A DNA stretch of 63,884 nucleotides, filler included, from Basidiobolus meristosporus CBS 931.73 (lineage: Eukaryota; Fungi; Basidiobolomycota): the NCBI GenBank assembly GCA_002104905.1. It is 3 parts of 3 records of this genome, joined end to end, with 100 filler letters (N's around TTAATTAATTAA, not from the genome) between each part and the next. Parts side by side here need not be neighbours in the genome. Positions count along the whole stretch, not along the records: positions 52,740 to 63,884 come from MCFE01001283.1; 2 more parts are not named here. One strand, 5' to 3'. Positions 57,626-63,884 of this stretch are shown here, piece after piece; within the stretch, counting starts at the first letter, position 1; each line of letters opens with the position of its first letter. The translations under genes and the position numbers were made by a program. The notes below the pieces were generated by a model. It made no database searches and had not been told where the DNA came from. It worked only from the letters and a program-made list of their open reading frames with translations.

Positions 57626-60600
57626 ATGATAGCCACGTTTCGGGCTCCTTGTATCAGGTCCACAGCTGGTCTCTCGCAAAGAGTGCTTTTACGCCCAGTT
57701 CGAAATTATGCCCAAGTAAGCAAGCCTAAAAGACCCTTGAATGGGAAGTATCAACCCGTAAGTACGTTATACCTTGAATGGAGGACCGGAAGCTTCTTTT
57801 AACTCCTCCCAAATCAGGCCGAAGTAGAAAAAGGCTGGTATGAATGGTGGGAAAAGCAAGGTTGGTTTGAATCCCTCTGCACCGATGGAGTTCGATTTAT
57901 TTAGCCGTTTTCTTTGAAGGGTACTTTTCCCCCACGCACCGGCACTCTCGAGCTGGTGAGCAGAAAATCACCACCGTTTTGACACCTCCTCCGAACGTAA
58001 CTGGAAATTTGCACATCGGACATGCGTTAACCTTCAGTGTGCAGGTATATCCCGACCTTTCTGAGTAGGTCGACGCCTTACTCATCGAGATATATGTAGG
58101 ACTCACTCGTCCGGTGGCGTCGTATGTGTGGCGAGGCAGTATCCTGGATCCCTGGGACAGATCACGCCGGGATAGGAACCCAGTCGGTGGTAGAAAAGCA
58201 ATTGATGAAGCAGCACAAAGTACAAACGATTTCAACCACTAATGGATACTTGCGGTTATTAAAGCTACCCATGTTTGTCTATCCTAGCTCACTAGACACG
58301 ATTTGGGCCGAGACAAGTTTATTTCGGAGGTGTGGAAGTGGAAGGAGCTTCATGGGAATAAGATCATTGAGCAAATGAGGAAGATGGGCTCGAGTTTGGA
58401 TTGGAAAAACGAATTCTTCACCATGGACGCGCCTCGTACCGAAGCAGTAACCAACGCCTTTATACAGTTCTTCAAAGATGGGCTGCTATATCGCGACACA
58501 AGGATAGTGAATTGGTGTTGTCATTTAGAAACTGCTATTTCTGATATCGAGGTAAGAGCTATGCAGCACTCGTTCGTGATGCCAAATGCTGATGCATCGT
58601 GGGTAGGTCGACTATGAGACAGTGCAAGGGCAAACTTTCCTTACATTGCCCGGAAGAGAGGACAAGTACGTCGCCTTATAGATGAGTATATGGATAGAGC
58701 CTAACAGCATGTTGCATAGAGTTGAAGTAGGTGTACTGCATAAACTTGCCTACAAAGTAGTCGATCCTGTTGGTGATATTGAAGAGTTGGTGGTAGCCAC
58801 AACTCGTATCGAGACGATTTTGGGGGATTGCGCCCTTGCTATCCATCCAGAAGACCCTCGGTATAAGGTATGTAGGTGCTAACATCCCAGGAAAGTGGGA
58901 AAAATCTAAATCCTATACCACAATTAGACATTGCACGGCAAGTTTGTGTTGCATCCAGTTCTCAATCAGAAGATTCCTATCATTTGTGACCCTGAGCTCG
59001 TTGACCCGGATTTTGGGACAGGTGTAGTTAAGGTAGAAGAGTAAATTGACTCGTTGCCTTTTTCTCAAGGCTCATTCACTCCCCCCCCCCAGGTAACTCC
59101 CGGACACGATCCTAACGATTATGCCTGTGGTCGCAGACACAACCTTCCGCTTACCAGCATCATGGATAAAACCGGAACATTCAACGAACTGTGTGGAGTC
59201 CGGAAGTATCAGGTATTTTAAAATATCGGCGGTCTTCTCGAGTACAAGCATTCACGAGCCCACTTTCGCCAGAACAAGGATAGATACGTTGTTCGAAACG
59301 AGATAGTGGAGGACCTAATCAGCTCAGGCGCGTATCGTGGAAAGGATGTCAATCACGAGATGAGGATTTCGCGATGCTCTCGCTCGGGAGACATAATCGA
59401 GCCCATGGTTCAGCCGCAATGGTATGTTTGTTGAAGCAATCGGGTGTGGATATGCGATAGAAAGATTTGGTCGAGTAACGTATTTAAATAAGGTTCTTAA
59501 ATTGCCAAGAGATGGCCAAGACTTCAATCAAGAATATGGATAACCGCTCCATGAATATCACTCCCGGTCATCATAAGCCTGATTGGTATCGCTGGCTGGG
59601 TAAGGCAGTGGTCGAGAGCTTCACTTCTGGGATTTTCAACTCATCAGGGTTTAGAGAATATTCAGGACTGGTGTGTGTCGCGGCAACTTTGGTGGGGCCA
59701 CCGGATACCTGCATACAGACTCATCTTCAATGACCCAGAGATTCGCAAGGTTATTCAAGGCTCCGCCTCATCGAACGAACTCTGGTTTGTTGCTGAATCA
59801 AAAGAAAAAGCCGTTGAACAAGTGTCAGATTTCCTGAACAAGCACAAGATCTCGAACCAAACCGATTATTCGCTTGAACAAGTGAGTTCATGCAGTCCAA
59901 ACGTTCATGATCAGACAGACATTAATTACACTTGAGTTTAGGACGACGATGTGTTGGACACTTGGTTTTCATCCGCATTGCTTCCCCTTTCGGCACTCGG
60001 TTGGGATAGAAAGTCCAAATCTTTGGTAGAGTTATTCAAGATAGCGGTTGTTATCGAGTGGATATTCAAATAGTATTTTGCGAGTAGGAAAATTATCCCA
60101 CCGCGTTTATTGAAACAGGATTCGATATTCTCTTCTTTTGGGTGGCTCGTATGGCTATGTTATCGACCTACTTCTCGGGCTCTCCTCCTTTCAAGGACAT
60201 TTATTTGCACGCTATGGTACCGTTGACTGTGATGCATCGATTCCAGCATTTATTTACTGGTGAATATTAGATACGCGATTCGCAGGGAAGAAAAATGTCC
60301 AAGTCGTTAGGGAATGTAATTGACCCTCTGCACGTTATCAATGGGATATCCTTAAATGAGCTAAGACAAGCACTACACAGCGGGAATCTTGCATCCGAAG
60401 AGATAAAGAGGTAATTTAGATGTTGTGTTGGTGTAATCTCATTCCTGACCCATTAATGAAATCCAGGAGTGAGTCGGTGATGGAGAAGGAGTTTCCGGAC
60501 GGGATTCCAGCTTGTGGGACTGATGCGTTGAGGTTTTCACTTGTCTCTTACACACAACAGGTTTGGCCAACCCATAATACCATATCAGACTGCCTGCTCA

Positions 60601-61859
60601 CCATTTCTTCCAGACGAGACAGATAAATATGGACATATCCAATGTTACATCCGCCCTTCATTTTGGAAACAAGCTTTGGAATTTATGCAGATTCTCGTTT
60701 GGCCGATTCGACACCTTACGCGAATATGTGCCGCCAATCTCGGACTCGTTGGCGGTCCCTTCGATTACCAAGCTTGAGGAGCAACCGTTGGTGAACAAGT
60801 ATATCCTTTCTAGGCTAGCCGACACCGTTCGAAAAACCCATTCGGCCATGTCCGAATACCAGTTGCACCAAGCGACCGATTCGATCCGCAGATTCGTAGT
60901 CAACGATTTATGCGATGTGTACCTAGAATTTAGTAAACCCACGTTGTACGGTAAATCCACTATCGAGGTACACTGCTGTCCGGTGCTATTGGCTGTCCTT
61001 CCTTTTGCTAACCCCAAATCTAGGAGCAACGCTCTGCGACCTTAATCCTGACCACGTGCCTGGACACATCATTACGGTTACTTCATCCATTCATGCCATT
61101 TGTAACAGAGGAGCTGTGGCAAAATCTGATAGCACACACCAATCCTGAGTCCTCGACCCAGCCCGATTCATTAATGGTTACTGAATTCCCCGCACCAGAG
61201 AAGTTCGGGGCATTCTATGATGAGCAAGTAGAGTCCGAAATGCAGGTAAAGCAGCCCCTCTTAAACACAGCTAGGTGATTTCCCAGCTAACCCGAATGTG
61301 TCGGTGCAGATCATATTGTCGTTGATCCATGCGTCGCGCTCGTTAAGGCAGACCCAACATGTTTCCATCTCCCAGGAATTACCCTTCTCCGTCTGGACCG
61401 ACCAGCCCGATTTGCTAGGCCCACTTCGGAGATATTCCTCGGAGCTCCAGAATTTCGTCAAAGCGACCTCTCTGGAGATCGTTCATGGCCAAGAGGCCGA
61501 GATACCTAGCGATGTGGCCGTCTCCACGATCTCGCCCAACCTGAAGGTGTTCGTGCCTGTGAGCGCATTGAAATCCGTGGGAAGTAACTCGAAGGTCCAA
61601 GGGGAGATCGATCGAATCAAACGGAAAATGGCCAAGATCACCAAGGAGATCGAGGACCTAGAGGATAAGATCAACAAGCCTGAATACGAGGTCAGAGTAC
61701 CAGAACGTGTCAAACTCAGCAACAGGTAAGTGGCACACTGTCTGATTATTACCAGCATGCCCGAGCTGAAACATCTTTCTCTCACCCAGCAAACGACTAG
61801 CCATGTTCAAAGAGCAGCTGACCAGTTTCCAAACGAACCTGGGACTATTAGAGAAGTAA
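57626..61859 (+). CDS. VAS1: Valyl-tRNA synthetase with predicted mitochondrial presequence; many introns
   Basis: [15 protein letters not shown] (HIGH), [42 protein letters not shown]-terminal coiled coil ending ...LGLLEK*. The N-terminus [28 protein letters not shown] is Arg-rich and lacks acidic residues. Confidence 0.93.
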
Positions 61860-62057
61860 ACGGACTGAATGGTCTCCAAGTGGTAGATGTTGCTCCATTC
61901 ATTTCATACCAAGTTGGTATTGCATTCAGGTCGAAAATCAAGCCATGAATAATATTCAATCCTCCACAATCACGTTTAGCAATCACGTTTATTTCTACCT
62001 GAATTCTATTTCCAAAATCATTGGTTGTTCATGAGTTCAGGGTTGTGTAGCGGTGGC

Positions 62058-63884
62058 TTAAGCCCAGTCACAAATGATGGAGCCCTCGAAACTCTTGCAT
62101 ACAGTGCCAACTGCACAGGTGTTTCTAAGTAGCTCGCCGTTCGCACAAACCGTGAAGAGTCTGGATTTACCAGAGTCAACACATTCGTAGGTGCCATTGA
62201 TGCAGCTGGCTTCAGTGGGCTTGGGGGAGTGAGTGTGGGGAGTTACCGTCACTGTGGTAGTAATGGTGATAGTGTTGGGATTAGGGATGCAGGAGGGTGG
62301 TGCGATGGAGGTGGTAGGATGAGAGGTGGCGCTACCAGACTTGGATTCGTCAGTAGTGTGGGCAGTGATATGAGAATCCTTGTGAGCTTCAGTGGTCGCA
62401 GAGGCCTTGTGGGTTTCTTTGGGTACAGTTGCTTCGGAAGTCTCAGTGACCTTGTGAGACTCCGATGATTTGGTACCCGTTTGAACCACGGTAGACTTGG
62501 GGGACTCGTGAGTCTCAGTAGCCTTAGGAACGCTGATAGTCTCATGTTCCTCGTGAGATTTGACAGTCTCGGTAGTCTCAGTTGGCTTATGGGTCTCATG
62601 AGTCTCGGTGGTTTCCATCGATCTGTGGGCAACAGAGGTCTCAGTGGATTTGTTGGATTCTGAGACTGCCTTGGCCTTGCTGGAAACAGAAGTCTCAAAG
62701 GATCTGTGAGAGTCGGGGGTCTCGGTTGACTTGTGGGCGGTGTGGTGTTCAGTATCCTTGTGAGACTCGGCAGTCTCAGTTGGCTTGTGAATGTTACCAG
62801 TCTCAACAGTCTTGGAGGTTTGGTGGGATTCAGAAGTCACGGTAGGTTGGTGAGATTCCACAGTGTCCACTGGTCTATGGGTGTTGCTGGTCTCTGAGGT
62901 CATGTGGGATTCGGTAGTCTCAGTGGCCTTGTGCGATGAAGTGATCGCATTTGACTTGTGAGCGCTGCTGATCTCAGAGGCTTTGTGAGCCTCGGATGTA
63001 GGGACTGATCTGCGGGACTCCAAAGTATCAGTTGATTTATGGGCATCACTAGTCTCCGAGGTCATATGAGACTCAGTGGCCTTGTGAGATCCAGAAACCA
63101 CTGTTGGCTTATGAGATTCTACGTTTGCGGTGGATTTGTGTGCTTTCGTTGAGTCGGTTGACTGGTGAACAGTCTTGGGCTCAGTATCCTTGTGAGATTC
63201 GGTGGAATGGTGCTTTCCTGTGGTCTGAGCAGTATGTTGTGATTCAGTTGCTTTAGTGGAGCCATGGGGTTTCGTAGTCACCACAGAGCTGGAGGAAGCG
63301 GAGCTATCAGTAGCTTTGCGAGACTCGGTTGCCTTGGATTTACCAGTAGAGCTATGGGAGCTAGATGTTCCGGAAACCAAGTGGGATTCGGTTGGTTTTG
63401 GTGCCTCATGGGATGTGGTGTCACTGGGAGTGTTGTGAGCAGTAGAACGTTCATCTGACTTGGAATGCTCATCTGAGGCTGATTGACTGGGAGTAGACTT
63501 GGATTCAATGATCTCAGACGTGCTAGCCGTAGACTTCAAAGCCTCACTAGAGCTATGCGAAATGGGTGTTTCAATAGCCTTGTGGGACTCGGTTGATTTG
63601 AGGGTCTTGTGGGATGCGGAGTTGTGAGTGGTGCTATGAACACTCGAAAGTTCACTTGACTCGGAATGCACACTTGGAATATTGGATTTGGGGGTCTCGC
63701 TTCCGGAATGAGATTCAGTATGTTGATGAGTGTAGGACGTGGCGCTCCCATTGCTCGATGGGGTTGCCTGGCTCGAGTTAACCTTACTGGACATGGAAGT
63801 CTCAAGGTGCTTATGACTGTCTGAATGAGATTCAGTGTGATGCTGACTCGCCGACTCGATGCTCTTGGCAGATGAGTGAAGTGC
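62058..63884 (-). CDS. Ser/Thr/Glu/His-rich low-complexity protein with C-terminal CBM19-like chitin-binding domain; 5' end outside window
   Basis: The frame stays open from the window edge (30 codons upstream of the M at 63794 contain no stop). Terminal Cys pattern SCINGTYEC...FTVCANG...TCAVGTVC...ICDWA resembles the fungal CBM19 module. Confidence 0.8.
   Translation of the reverse strand, partial: ALHSSAKSIESASQHHTESHSDSHKHLETSMSSKVNSSQATPSSNGSATSYTHQHTESHSGSETPKSNIPSVHSESSELSSVHSTTHNSASHKTLKSTESHKAIETPISHSSSEALKSTASTSEIIESKSTPSQSASDEHSKSDERSTAHNTPSDTTSHEAPKPTESHLVSGTSSSHSSTGKSKATESRKATDSSASSSSVVTTKPHGSTKATESQHTAQTTGKHHSTESHKDTEPKTVHQSTDSTKAHKSTANVESHKPTVVSGSHKATESHMTSETSDAHKSTDTLESRRSVPTSEAHKASEISSAHKSNAITSSHKATETTESHMTSETSNTHRPVDTVESHQPTVTSESHQTSKTVETGNIHKPTETAESHKDTEHHTAHKSTETPDSHRSFETSVSSKAKAVSESNKSTETSVAHRSMETTETHETHKPTETTETVKSHEEHETISVPKATETHESPKSTVVQTGTKSSESHKVTETSEATVPKETHKASATTEAHKDSHITAHTTDESKSGSATSHPTTSIAPPSCIPNPNTITITTTVTVTPHTHSPKPTEASCINGTYECVDSGKSRLFTVCANGELLRNTCAVGTVCKSFEGSIICDWA

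Noticed and set aside
62229-63805. Alternative-frame and antisense ORFs over the S/T/H-rich gene
   Set aside because: By-products of low-complexity codon usage in the main minus-strand frame.

Overview
Eukaryotic DNA, almost certainly fungal. Short GT-AG introns, UapA-type permeases, a CBM19 protein and CpG-eroded retroelements suggest an early-diverging lineage (inference only). Layout: (1) 1-4.5 kb, decayed LTR-retrotransposon debris, including a solo LTR with a perfect TSD. (2) 5.4-22.1 kb, a gene block: MCT-type MFS transporter, intronless kinesin-6, three copies of a UapA/UapC-like NCS2 xanthine/uric-acid permease, and MMM1. Two permease copies are full-length, nearly identical and tail-to-tail inverted, with homology confined to the CDS; the third is a 5'-truncated 128-codon copy. 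(3) About 22.7-52.6 kb, a nested Copia/Gypsy island with two assembly gaps. Its insertion order can be partly read from TSDs, including a Copia inserted backwards into an LTR of its own family and a 1.2-kb solo LTR with 13 AAAGGGGT motifs upstream of its TATA box. (4) 52.7-63.9 kb, a translation-related block: two identical tRNA-Leu(CAG) genes, a U3 snoRNA, MRT4, a TTC1-like TPR gene, a valyl-tRNA synthetase with a mitochondrial-type presequence, and the 3' part of a His/Ser/Thr-rich protein ending in a CBM19-like domain. All calls were made by eye from the sequence and ORF track; no searches or alignments were run, and coordinates of degenerate elements are approximate.
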